Positions 54,756 to 64,000 of a DNA stretch of 64,000 nucleotides are shown one piece after another (within the stretch, counting starts at the first letter, position 1; each line of letters begins with the position of its first letter). The translations under genes and the position numbers were made by a program. This DNA is from Pirellulaceae bacterium (lineage in GTDB: Bacteria > Planctomycetota > Planctomycetia > Pirellulales > Pirellulaceae), in assembly GCA_963769105.1 (NCBI GenBank), contig CAVYKQ010000005.1:681164-745163 (forward strand), given 5' to 3'. The notes below the pieces were generated by a model that was not told the DNA's origin, ran no database searches, and saw only the letters and a list, made by a program, of their open reading frames with translations.

Positions 54756-56043
54756 CGCAAGATCGTCTCCTCGGCTTGCCCTTCGGTTGGCATCGTGGTT
54801 TGCAGAGGATCTTTGCGCCGTGAATCGGGAAAGATCGTCGTCAACCAGGAGAGTCTTTGCTTGGGAAGGTCGGGCAGTTTTTCGAGCTTCGCCAACTGTG
54901 TCCGCGCTGTATCAGCGTGAGGTGTGTTCGGGAATCTCTCTAACAATTGGTTGTAGTAGTACCGCGCCGCTGCGTATTCATTGCGATTCTCGCGATAGCT
55001 CGCGCGGTAAGCGAGTCGATCGGCGCGGTGGCGACTGATTTCGGCGGCGGCTCGGTCAACCATGTCACCGTATTTTTGCTCGCTCAATTTGTCGGGAAAT
55101 CGTTGACGCGTCTGTTTTACAAGTTTTTCCGCTTCTTCTAAAACCAGCCCGCTGTAGGCTGCGCCGGCATACGATTCCAGCTTGCATTTGATGCCTAGCA
55201 AATGAGCGAGGAATAGATGCTCACTGTCAGAAAACGTTTCTCGTAGGTCCGTTAGAAATTCATCCGCCTGTTCAAATTTCTTCTGCCGGATGTATTCGGC
55301 GGCCGCCGCCATTGTCGCGTCATCGGCTAGCCGTCCGGTCGGATCGTCAAACCGGATCTGGTCGAGTACGCGAATGGCATGGCCATCGACATCAATTCTG
55401 GGCCGTTTGGGATCCGTCAGATTCAGAGTGAACCATTTACCTTCCTGTGTTTTCGCCACGTCAACCCAATACTGACTGATTGCAAATTGACGTGCGCCAA
55501 CCTTATCCAGGTGACGATTTCTGGGGTACTGCTTTTGTAGCGTCTGGTAGACGTCTGAGGCTTCCGTCAAGCGGTCGGCGAAGAACAGACTTTCAGCCTG
55601 CATATAGAGGGCATCTTGTTCTAACGCAGTTTTGGGTGCCGCTTCACCGGCCCGCCTGAACAGCGCCGCGCTATCGAGGTATGTTTTCTGGGCTTGGTCC
55701 TGTGGTTGTGATCCTGCCTGTCGAAACAGTTGATCGCCCTGTCGGTACAAATCCTTGGCTCGAACCCCGTTTTCTTGTTCCTTGAGGGTCAGGAACTTGA
55801 TCGCCGCGTCTGTGTTTTTCTGAATTTTCTCAGGTAACGTTTCTTCCACTGCCACTTGGGTGACGGATCCGTCGGCCGGATCACCATCAGTGAAGCCAAC
55901 TCGGGCGATCGGATTCGGATCGGTATCGTAGCCTTCCCCACCAAACGGGGACGAAAAAGTCTGGCAGCCGGATAAAGTCAGTAGGGCGCACAGCAATGCA
56001 CCAAGTGAACGCACTTGTAGATTCTTGGTTAATTTCGGTTCCA
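54752..56043 (-). CDS. TPR lipoprotein, outer-membrane assembly factor BamD-like
   Basis: Lipobox LTLSGC and TPR-like helices (ALYMQAESLF..YQTLQKQYP, AARYYYNQLLERFPNT). Sits between recO and lptE. Start codon uncertain. Confidence 0.75.
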
Positions 56044-56087
56044 TCCGTCGATCGCTTCGCATCATGCGGTTGGTGGTGGTGGTCCTG

Positions 56088-56843
56088 TTAGCTTGGTTCC
56101 GTCGCGGTGGGCAGAAACGTCTGCATCTTGGGAACGCTACCAACGACTGTTTGAATGTATCGGTTCATGACCGCTCGAAGTTCGCCATAACAGTCATGGG
56201 GAACCGGGATCGGAAACTTTGTTTCCGCGGCGTGCAAGTGCCGAAGTTGATCGATCACTTTGGCCGTCACAGAAACCGTTTGCCGCTGCTTGGGGCGGCA
56301 CTGATTGCAAACCAAGCCCCCAGCGGTCAGGGAAAAGTAAATTCGGGAAACCGCTGGCAACGGGCCACCGCAATCCGTACAGCGATCCGTGCCCGGGGCA
56401 TGTCCCAGCATCCGCAGCAACTGCGCATCAAATCCAAGTAACGCCGACGCAACGTCGCCGTCACCGTCAATCTGTTCGAGCGTTTGGATGGTCAAGTCGT
56501 ACACGTCTGGATGGGGATCGTGGTCGTCGGTCATTAATCGCAGCATTTCGGCCACATAGTAGCCTCCATACAACCTGGGTAACGATCGCTGGCCACCGCG
56601 AAAGCGCTTGTGTAGCTTCGCTTCGGTCAACAGATCGAGTGTGTCGGAGGTTTTCCGTATGACGACTACACGACAGACCGCCAGCAGGTCAAGCGAGCCT
56701 TCGAAGGGACCCTTCGGTCGACGGGCTCCTTTGGCGATTGCTGAGACCCGCCCCCAGTCGCGAGTCAACAGTGTTACGATCAGACTTGTTTCACTGAATT
56801 CAACCGTGCGAATCACGATTGCCGTGGTTTGTTCAGCCGCCAT
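56088..56843 (-). CDS. recO: DNA repair protein RecO
   Basis: AIVIRTVEFSETSLIVTLLTRDWGRVSAIAKGARR and Zn finger CTDCG...LVCNQC. Confidence 0.95.
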   Translation of the reverse strand: MAAEQTTAIVIRTVEFSETSLIVTLLTRDWGRVSAIAKGARRPKGPFEGSLDLLAVCRVVVIRKTSDTLDLLTEAKLHKRFRGGQRSLPRLYGGYYVAEMLRLMTDDHDPHPDVYDLTIQTLEQIDGDGDVASALLGFDAQLLRMLGHAPGTDRCTDCGGPLPAVSRIYFSLTAGGLVCNQCRPKQRQTVSVTAKVIDQLRHLHAAETKFPIPVPHDCYGELRAVMNRYIQTVVGSVPKMQTFLPTATEPS

Positions 56844-56850
56844 TCGTGTT

Positions 56851-57174
56851 TCACAACTCGCCAAACTCGCCCAGTGATGTAAGCAAATCACTCATTTCCG
56901 CAGCGGCATGAGAATCCCCTTGCAGCCTAGCCTGATCAATTCCATTTCGTAATTGTTCCCGGGCTTCGTCGATACGATCCAATTCGGCCAATTGCTGTCC
57001 AGCCATAAAGAACGCCGCCACCATCGGGGGATCATCGTTGGTCAGACTAGCTAATTGGGCAAGACTGCGATCGTGGTCTCCTTCGCTGCGAAGTTCCATC
57101 GCCAAGGAATATCTCAAAAATGTATCGCTGGGATCATCGGCTAACATCAATTCGATTTTCTCGCGGCGATTCAT
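56851..57174 (-). CDS. Small TPR protein
   Basis: MLADDPSDTFLRYSLAMEL..AAFFMAGQQLAELDRIDEAREQLRNGI..GDSHAAAEM. Confidence 0.8.
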   Translation of the reverse strand: MNRREKIELMLADDPSDTFLRYSLAMELRSEGDHDRSLAQLASLTNDDPPMVAAFFMAGQQLAELDRIDEAREQLRNGIDQARLQGDSHAAAEMSDLLTSLGEFGEL

Positions 57175-57408
57175 ATGGTTGATTGGGGGCGTTGTGGAGT
57201 GAGTTGACAGCCTGGCTTGTTGCACAATTGGCCTGGGAGCGTTTCCACCCGTAATTCTGACGCTGTTTCACGCTGGCCGCTATCGGGTAGCCGCTCTGTC
57301 AGCTGTTTGAATCGTTTCAATCGTCAGATTTGATTCAACACAAACAGCCATATTTGCCGATGAGATCGCTGATACAACTCCATTACGCCAATCACGCGAG
57401 ATGTACGC

Positions 57409-60400
57409 ATGGACCGCGCCGGCCGACGATTTATAGTCGCTTCCCCACTCATTGCCCTTCTAATTGTGTTGTTGATGGCTTCGCTATCCAACGGCACACC
57501 ACCGACCGGTTCGGGGGAGATTCAGTACGCTGTTCCGCAATTGTCAGCGGACGAACCGGACGAAAATCCGATCAAACAGGTGATTGGCAAGCAGCCTGTA
57601 ACGCCGGAAGGTCGCCCGGGACTGCTGGAAGTGATAGCCGGTGCGCGTGAAACGGGTAATTCAAATCATCGCCACCAGAATATGAGTGACGGAGAATCGC
57701 GGGGCCTACTCGAGGGATTATTCGGTAGCCGTGACAACTCGAATCGCAAGGCCAGGACCAATCGCAATTCGACGGTGAAACACAATCACAAACATGCTCA
57801 AGCAACACCTGTCAGTACGGCGAAGCGTACGCAGAAAAACTCTGCGCAAGCGAAAGATGTCAATTGGGATGGTATTCCCTATCATCGTCCGAGCAAAACC
57901 GGCAACAAAGTGGCACGTGCTCCGATTCAGGATCCGGTGAACCGGTCCGTCGCCAGTCGATCGAAGGCGTCAACAGCTGCGACCAGCCAAGGGACAACGA
58001 GAATCATCCGTGGCGGATCATCCAAAACAACGGATGCTCGTTCGGTTTCGTTACGCACCAAGTCCTCTCCACGGCTCGCCGAACAAGAACCGACACTCGC
58101 TGGATTGCCAAAACCACCAGCCGATTCTGAATCCGAAGCCATACCGTCAACAAAGTTCTCGTCAACCTCCAGCAGTCAACGTAGCGGCCGGCGTCAACTG
58201 CAAACTCTTGAAGCGTCGGTCGTGCGCAAGCCGACCGAAACAAGCGGCCAGAACGTGGCGGACCCAGAAGATGACGTAACGCTGATTCCGCGGATCGCCA
58301 AGGCACCGATCGAAACGACAGAAGAAGTCAAACAAACCGAAACGGCAGACGATGCAGACTCGGAGCAGGTTGCAAGGACGATTACCGATCAACCAGAAGC
58401 AGGCGCCCTTCAGGATTCCGCAGCGCCGACCACCGCGCTGGCGGCGATTGGCGCGCCGATGGTCAGCTCTGATTCGCAGAACCCAGAGGAAGCGACGAAC
58501 AATGGGGCGCACGAACTTTCTGAAGCAAGCGGCGACTACACCGTTCCCATTGATCCTGCCACTGCTCCTGTGCCAACCGCCGGGATCCCAAATCATCCGT
58601 ACGCGACTTCGGAAATTGCTGGTTCAACCCCTGCAACTTCGGTCTCGCATCGATCAGGACCACCGTCAACAGCCTTCGAGCCTGCACCCTTGAACGGTGC
58701 GCCGATTGGCTCCGGCGTTGTTCCGCGCGGCGATATTGCTCCCTACCCCCAAGCTTCTGAGCCAGACTATCAAACCGCCCGTTTGCCGGGTTCTGAGGAT
58801 GATCCCTACGGCTCACACTCACCAAGCGACCGACTGACCAACAATGGTCAGCCTGTCGATTCCGGTGCCGCATCACGAGGCTCGGCAAATGCAGGCAACT
58901 TTGCACAGTCGGCTAACGGACATTATCAATACGGCGATTCCGGCCACATCCCAATGCATCCGATTCCCGGTCATCCACAATCGGGCCAATCGACCATCGG
59001 CAATCATGGGCAGTTCACCGGTGGTAGCGACAATTTTGACCGCTCGACTTATCAAACCCGCAATCAAATGCGCGCGGCCGATGGCAACGTGTCTACCAAG
59101 GCAAATGCTGCGGCATCGGAATTGCCTGGAATTCGCGTGGTGACTCGCGGCCCTAGCGAAATTATGATTCGACAAACCAGTCAATTCGAAATCCACGTCG
59201 AAAACCGTGGGTCGATTGACGCCGAGGGAGTGCTGGTCCGCGCGATGGTCCCTGATTGGGCCGACTTGGGTGGACAAAACGCTTCGATCGGGAATATCGC
59301 AGTGCGCGAGCAGGGTGCGGGACGACAACTGGTCTGGACGATCGACCAACTACCAGCCGGCACGTCAGAACGAATGTTCGTTCGTCTGACCGCAGCCCGT
59401 AGTGGAAACTACGATCTGGATGTCGATTGGACATTGCTACCCCAAAAGAGCGTCACCAAAATCAGGGTCCACGAACCTCGCTTGGATGTAACCATCGAAG
59501 GTCCCGAGGAAGTTGTCTATGGGCAATCGCAAACTTACAAGGTCCGCGTGTTGAATCCTGGTGATGGCACAGCACCGAACGTGATGTTTACGTTGTCGCC
59601 CAATTCTGCCACGCCTTCGACGCAACGCATTGGCGACATTCCCGCAGGCAAAGAAGCACAATTTGAAGTGGAACTAACGGCACAAGACTTGGGTGACCTG
59701 AAAATTCACGGTTTGGCGACCGGAGAGCTGGAGCTTCGCGCCGAGGCAGCCAAGACCATTCGAGTCGCTGCTGCCAAGCTGGAAGCGATGTTGAATGGCC
59801 CTGAACTGAAGTACCAGAATAGCGAAGCGAACTACAATCTGCAGGTCCAGAATACTGGTTCGGTCGCCAGCGAGAAGATCATGGCAACGCTACGGCTTCC
59901 GACTGGCGTCACCTACGTCGGAGGAATCGATCAAGTTACGCCACAAGCAAACATGTTGCGTTGGGAAATCACTTCGCTACCGCCTGGTGCGATTCGCAAT
60001 TACCAATTTACCTGCACGATGAATGCGACCGGCGAACACATGTTTGCGTTCGACTGCAAAGGAACCGCTGCGGGTCAGACCAATGTTTCAATTTCAACTC
60101 AGGTTGAATCGATCGCCGATTTGGTATTGACCGTCAATGATCCCGTGGCACCAGCACCCATTGGCAGTGACGTAACCTACGAGATCATCATTCGTAACCG
60201 CGGCAGTAAAGAAGCAAACGACGTTCGCGCGGTTGCCCAATTCAGCCACGGCATCGAACCACAACGGATCGAAGGTCAAAGTGGTGAAGTCGTCACCGGA
60301 CAGGTTTTGTTCGATCCAATCGGACGAATCGGGGCTGGCCAGGAAGTTCGACTACGGGTGATCGCACAAGCCGATCGCGGTGGACATCATCGGTTCCGCA

Positions 60401-60510
60401 GCGAAGTACGATCGGGTGACACAGTCTTGGTTGCTGAAGAGGCAACCCATTACATGAGCCCAAAGAGCGAACGCGTGAGTCGGCACAGTCGCGATTCATC
60501 GGCTCGCTAG
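57409..60510 (+). CDS. DUF11-repeat (OmcB-like) secreted/membrane-anchored protein with long disordered N-terminal half
   Basis: N-terminal hydrophobic segment, then ~550 aa of Ser/Thr/Pro-rich sequence. Four Ig-like DUF11-type units follow (FEIHVENRGS, YKVRVLNPGDG, YNLQVQNTGS, YEIIIRNRGSKEA). Confidence 0.85.
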   Translation: MDRAGRRFIVASPLIALLIVLLMASLSNGTPPTGSGEIQYAVPQLSADEPDENPIKQVIGKQPVTPEGRPGLLEVIAGARETGNSNHRHQNMSDGESRGLLEGLFGSRDNSNRKARTNRNSTVKHNHKHAQATPVSTAKRTQKNSAQAKDVNWDGIPYHRPSKTGNKVARAPIQDPVNRSVASRSKASTAATSQGTTRIIRGGSSKTTDARSVSLRTKSSPRLAEQEPTLAGLPKPPADSESEAIPSTKFSSTSSSQRSGRRQLQTLEASVVRKPTETSGQNVADPEDDVTLIPRIAKAPIETTEEVKQTETADDADSEQVARTITDQPEAGALQDSAAPTTALAAIGAPMVSSDSQNPEEATNNGAHELSEASGDYTVPIDPATAPVPTAGIPNHPYATSEIAGSTPATSVSHRSGPPSTAFEPAPLNGAPIGSGVVPRGDIAPYPQASEPDYQTARLPGSEDDPYGSHSPSDRLTNNGQPVDSGAASRGSANAGNFAQSANGHYQYGDSGHIPMHPIPGHPQSGQSTIGNHGQFTGGSDNFDRSTYQTRNQMRAADGNVSTKANAAASELPGIRVVTRGPSEIMIRQTSQFEIHVENRGSIDAEGVLVRAMVPDWADLGGQNASIGNIAVREQGAGRQLVWTIDQLPAGTSERMFVRLTAARSGNYDLDVDWTLLPQKSVTKIRVHEPRLDVTIEGPEEVVYGQSQTYKVRVLNPGDGTAPNVMFTLSPNSATPSTQRIGDIPAGKEAQFEVELTAQDLGDLKIHGLATGELELRAEAAKTIRVAAAKLEAMLNGPELKYQNSEANYNLQVQNTGSVASEKIMATLRLPTGVTYVGGIDQVTPQANMLRWEITSLPPGAIRNYQFTCTMNATGEHMFAFDCKGTAAGQTNVSISTQVESIADLVLTVNDPVAPAPIGSDVTYEIIIRNRGSKEANDVRAVAQFSHGIEPQRIEGQSGEVVTGQVLFDPIGRIGAGQEVRLRVIAQADRGGHHRFRSEVRSGDTVLVAEEATHYMSPKSERVSRHSRDSSAR

Positions 60511-60599
60511 ACTTTGCCTGAAAAGCGTCGGAAGTCTCCAGGACGTTCGGCACCCAATAGCTGAACACGAAACTCTCTTTGAGATTCGTTAAGAGTTTG

Positions 60600-63500
60600 T
60601 CATTGGCCCGTTTCGATCGTGATCGCAACCACGATCGGGGCTGTCGGGTCGTCACCTTTGATAAGTTCGATCTCGTCGATCAATTCGCGGCTCTTCGGTT
60701 CCACGACCACGTGTCTTAGTTGTTGGCCGCGAACCATCATCGCGAAATTCGATCCCGGGACATCGGTGCGGCGAATGTAGTCGGCCAGATGAAGTCCATT
60801 GATCAGTTCGTGATCTTCCATGGCTCCGTTGGACAGATGAAGCCGCACCGTCATGGACACCGACTTCTCCAGATGAGCTGGGAAACCCCATCCGCTCACG
60901 CCGCCGAGCAGGTGAATCTTGTTGGCCTTGGAATTGCACAGGATGCGAACTGATTTCGGCATCTTTGGCGGCAACGTCCCGTTGGGTCCGTGCAACAAGA
61001 CGATGTTGGCAACGCTGGATCCTAGTGGGTCAACCAATTGAAAGGGCACTTCGCCAAGCAATTTCGTAGACCAGTCGCTGAAGATCAGACGATCGGGGCC
61101 GTCCTCCGGTTTGTGAAATAGAGACTTGGTGCTGATCGCCGTGGCAGCTTCTCGCAGCGGCAGTGGCAGGTACTTGCCGCGGGAAGTTAAGAACTCCAAC
61201 AGGTCGATCAAGCCTTGCCTATCAATTTGCTTTTCGAATCCCTCCGGCATCACCGATTTTCTTGACCCGACAATTTGTTCAATGTCCTCGCGCAGCACAA
61301 CGTGATGCTTCCCTTCCGTATCGATAATTTCGACGGAAGTCTGAGTCTCGGAAGCCAGCATGCCGTTGATCACCAATCCATCGACCGTCAGGACCGCGTA
61401 GCTGCGATAGTTTCCTTCGACGCTGCGACTCGGATCCAAAATATGCGTCAGCAACTCGGTTTTCGGATGGACCGCCATGCCGGTTAGATCAGGGCCGACT
61501 TTCTTGCCGTCGTCACCATGCGTGTGGCAATTGGCGCAGTTTTTTAGGTATACGGCTTTACCAAGTGTGGCATTGCCGGTTGCCTTGGCGACAAGGAGCA
61601 GTGTTGACAATACCTTTTCGCGATCTGCATCGGGCAAGCCACCTGACTTGGCCAAAACGTCCTTCGCCCGTGACCGAATCTTTCGCTGCGGATGTTCGGT
61701 CAGCGATTGCTGCTGACCCAGGGAAAGATCGTTGGGCAATAGCCTTCCCGCTTCGATCGCCGTCAACAACTCGGAGGTAGTCTCAGGACGAGCCAGCATC
61801 ACTTGGATAACGGCCGTCTTGGTGGAGGGTGTTAACCGATCAAGCCGCTCAAGCAATATCGTACCAAGATCACTACAGCGGCTATTCTGCAGCACAGTTA
61901 TGATCGCAGTCGCCGTATTGGCCGGCATCCGCGGAGTGATGCAATTCAACAGTTCGGTTGCCGCTTGAGAATCGTCGGGCAGCAGTCCAATCAATTCAAC
62001 CGCAGCGTCGATTCGTTGCTGACCTGGTTTCGTTTCGTCGCCAGCGATTTCCAGCAACGATTGGGCAATCGATTTGGCCTTTGCCGACAGCTGCTCGCTA
62101 CCCCACGATTTTGCCAGACGAATGAGCTGTCCCTTTGCGCTGGGTGGTACTGAATCGAGTAGCCCGACTAGCGAGCGGTCCAAATCGCCAGGCAGGTCGA
62201 TCTGTCTATCTTTCGGCCAGCCCTTGGACCAACCCGACAAGACTGCACGCGTGACGCTCTGCGGTGCTTTCGAAAGCCGATCAACGACAGCAAGCACCGC
62301 TGGTTCATCGCCCGACCGGGCGACATGTTCGGCAACGATCGCTGTTGATTCGATCAAAGGCGGATTGGGATCGGCTTGTTCGCAGGCTAGCTGCAAAAAC
62401 TCTCCACCACTGCCCGCCGCTGCACTGGTCGCTGCATCCAACATCCAGCGATCGCTACTGTTCTTTGGATTCAAGAAAGCATCGATCGCTTTGGATGCTG
62501 AGTCTCGGGACGCGGGCATCGTCGCGATGGCCAGCAAAGCCGACAGGCGAACCTGTGCGTCGGCCGAATCGAACACGTCGCTGCGTAGCAGAGCATCCCG
62601 CCCCAATTTGTCATTCGGCACCAATTCGACAGCCGTTCGAACCACCGCTGTGGATGGATGTTCCAGCGATTGTTCTAAGATTTCGCGGTTTCGGAGCGAC
62701 CCCAATGCTTCCAGGCCGTCCAGAGTTCGCAGTGCATGGATCGCACCAACATCCAATCCGATCGCATCGACCTGCTGACGTTTAACCAAATCGATTAATC
62801 GGTCGATCGCCTGTTCGTCCCTTTGTTCGACCAAGAGACGCTGTGCGTGGCGTCGCCAAAACATATTCGATGAGGCAAGCGCATCGACCAGCTGATTCGT
62901 GGTTGCGTCGCGCAACGTCATTGGCGGTTCGTCGGAATCCTGGCCGTAAACGACGCGATAAACACGCCCGTGTGTTTTGTCACGTAGGTCCGTTGCATAG
63001 GCATTGCCTGGACCATTTTCGAATCCCTGCGGTGTCGGATTGTGCTGGACAATGTAGTTATACCAGTCGATCACCCAAACATTGCCGTCCGGACCAACCT
63101 CGGCCATGATCGGAGCTGCCCACTCGTCATCACTTGCCAGGAGATTTGCGGGATTGGTAGATTCGAATCCCGCGCCCTTGCGTTGAAGTGTAAAGGTTCC
63201 GACCAGATGCCCGGTCGGGCCCGCAACGAAGGCTGTCCGGTTCCAGTAAGTCGGCGGATAGCGGCGGGCGGTATACAAAGCGTGTCCGGCGGCAGCTGTG
63301 TAGCCTTCGTGATGGTCTACCTGGCGTATCTTATCGGTGATCGGTTTGAATTTGTGTGTGTCAGCAATCCCGGTCAACATTGACGATGTCCAACCACGGA
63401 CGCGTTCGTAGTTTCGATTGGCGATTGGCATGAATTCGCTCGGGTTGCGATTGGCGGTCGATCCAAACAGCAAACCCTCCTCACTGAAACCGACGCCCCA

Positions 63501-64000
63501 GGAATTGTTGTTCGTATTGCGCAGGAATTCAAAATCGGTCACTTGAACCTGTCCATCGACACGTTCGACCTTGAACCGATAGAAGCCGGTCCGGAAAGAG
63601 CGTTGGCGACCGGCGATCACGCCTTCGAAGCCAGCGTAACCGACCATCCCATAGAACCAGTTGTCGTGACCGTAGTTCAGATTGCTGGGGCCGGCATGAG
63701 TATCGTTGGTCTTCCATCCGCTAAATAAGACCTGGCGAACGTCAGCAACATCGTCTCCGTCCGTATCCTGCAGGAACAGCGTGTCGGGTGCTTGATGGAC
63801 GATCAATCCACCCTCGCAAAAAGCGATGCTGGTCGGAATGCTAAGCTGCTCCGCAAAGACCGTGAACTTATCGGCGTGACCGTCGTGGTCTGTGTCTTCG
63901 CAGATTCGAATGCGATCGCGGCCTTTACCTTCGGGCTGTTGTTCGTTTGGGTAGTCGTATGTTTCCGCGATCCAAAGTCTGCCGTGATGATCCCAATTCA
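60600..64000 (-). CDS. PVC-type heme-binding CxxCH protein (dehydrogenase-like propeller + HEAT + cytochrome c); N-terminus beyond the right edge
   Basis: DTDGDDVAD, DTHAGPSNL, NNSWGVGF, VGPDGNVWVIDWYN, RDKTHGRVYRV, CANCH..VGPDLTG..ILDPSRSVEGNY..SVMPEGFE. The frame continues upstream of the ORF-track start to the window end. Confidence 0.92.
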   Translation of the reverse strand, partial: NWDHHGRLWIAETYDYPNEQQPEGKGRDRIRICEDTDHDGHADKFTVFAEQLSIPTSIAFCEGGLIVHQAPDTLFLQDTDGDDVADVRQVLFSGWKTNDTHAGPSNLNYGHDNWFYGMVGYAGFEGVIAGRQRSFRTGFYRFKVERVDGQVQVTDFEFLRNTNNNSWGVGFSEEGLLFGSTANRNPSEFMPIANRNYERVRGWTSSMLTGIADTHKFKPITDKIRQVDHHEGYTAAAGHALYTARRYPPTYWNRTAFVAGPTGHLVGTFTLQRKGAGFESTNPANLLASDDEWAAPIMAEVGPDGNVWVIDWYNYIVQHNPTPQGFENGPGNAYATDLRDKTHGRVYRVVYGQDSDEPPMTLRDATTNQLVDALASSNMFWRRHAQRLLVEQRDEQAIDRLIDLVKRQQVDAIGLDVGAIHALRTLDGLEALGSLRNREILEQSLEHPSTAVVRTAVELVPNDKLGRDALLRSDVFDSADAQVRLSALLAIATMPASRDSASKAIDAFLNPKNSSDRWMLDAATSAAAGSGGEFLQLACEQADPNPPLIESTAIVAEHVARSGDEPAVLAVVDRLSKAPQSVTRAVLSGWSKGWPKDRQIDLPGDLDRSLVGLLDSVPPSAKGQLIRLAKSWGSEQLSAKAKSIAQSLLEIAGDETKPGQQRIDAAVELIGLLPDDSQAATELLNCITPRMPANTATAIITVLQNSRCSDLGTILLERLDRLTPSTKTAVIQVMLARPETTSELLTAIEAGRLLPNDLSLGQQQSLTEHPQRKIRSRAKDVLAKSGGLPDADREKVLSTLLLVAKATGNATLGKAVYLKNCANCHTHGDDGKKVGPDLTGMAVHPKTELLTHILDPSRSVEGNYRSYAVLTVDGLVINGMLASETQTSVEIIDTEGKHHVVLREDIEQIVGSRKSVMPEGFEKQIDRQGLIDLLEFLTSRGKYLPLPLREAATAISTKSLFHKPEDGPDRLIFSDWSTKLLGEVPFQLVDPLGSSVANIVLLHGPNGTLPPKMPKSVRILCNSKANKIHLLGGVSGWGFPAHLEKSVSMTVRLHLSNGAMEDHELINGLHLADYIRRTDVPGSNFAMMVRGQQLRHVVVEPKSRELIDEIELIKGDDPTAPIVVAITIETGQ

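Overview
This is a 64-kb stretch of a planctomycete-type chromosome, most likely Pirellulaceae, judged from the LEPRxLL leader, the planctomycete-style dockerin, PVC-type heme-binding proteins and an ECF sigma/Ser-Thr kinase pair. The left ~28 kb is an accessory surface-structure locus. An ECF sigma factor and a zinc-finger/kinase/TM/WD40 gene point away from a ~23-kb giant gene (~7,670 aa once four frameshifts are joined). The giant protein carries nine novel ~120-140-aa repeats plus RTX, FG-GAP, ELWxxDGT, LRR, CBM-like, SdrD-B, PKD and cadherin-like modules, and ends in a dockerin. It is followed directly by a small secreted PEP-CTERM protein whose body looks cohesin-like. This suggests a non-cellulosomal dockerin-cohesin tether for a giant adhesin, which is the top finding. 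The rest is mostly housekeeping or planctomycete-core genes: PVC heme/copper proteins, an FAH-family protein, RluA, a mqnA-mqnC fusion, an amine oxidase, a C69 peptidase, a CN-hydrolase, bioD, terC, a permease, acnA, a GT4, folP-lptE-bamD-like-recO and a DUF11 protein. One 'hypothetical' protein shows DUF1338/HglS-like motifs. Many genes, including acnA, are broken by small indels, which most likely reflects long-read sequencing error. No rRNA, tRNA, CRISPR array or transposase was recognised. All calls come from reading motifs by eye; no database searches were run.
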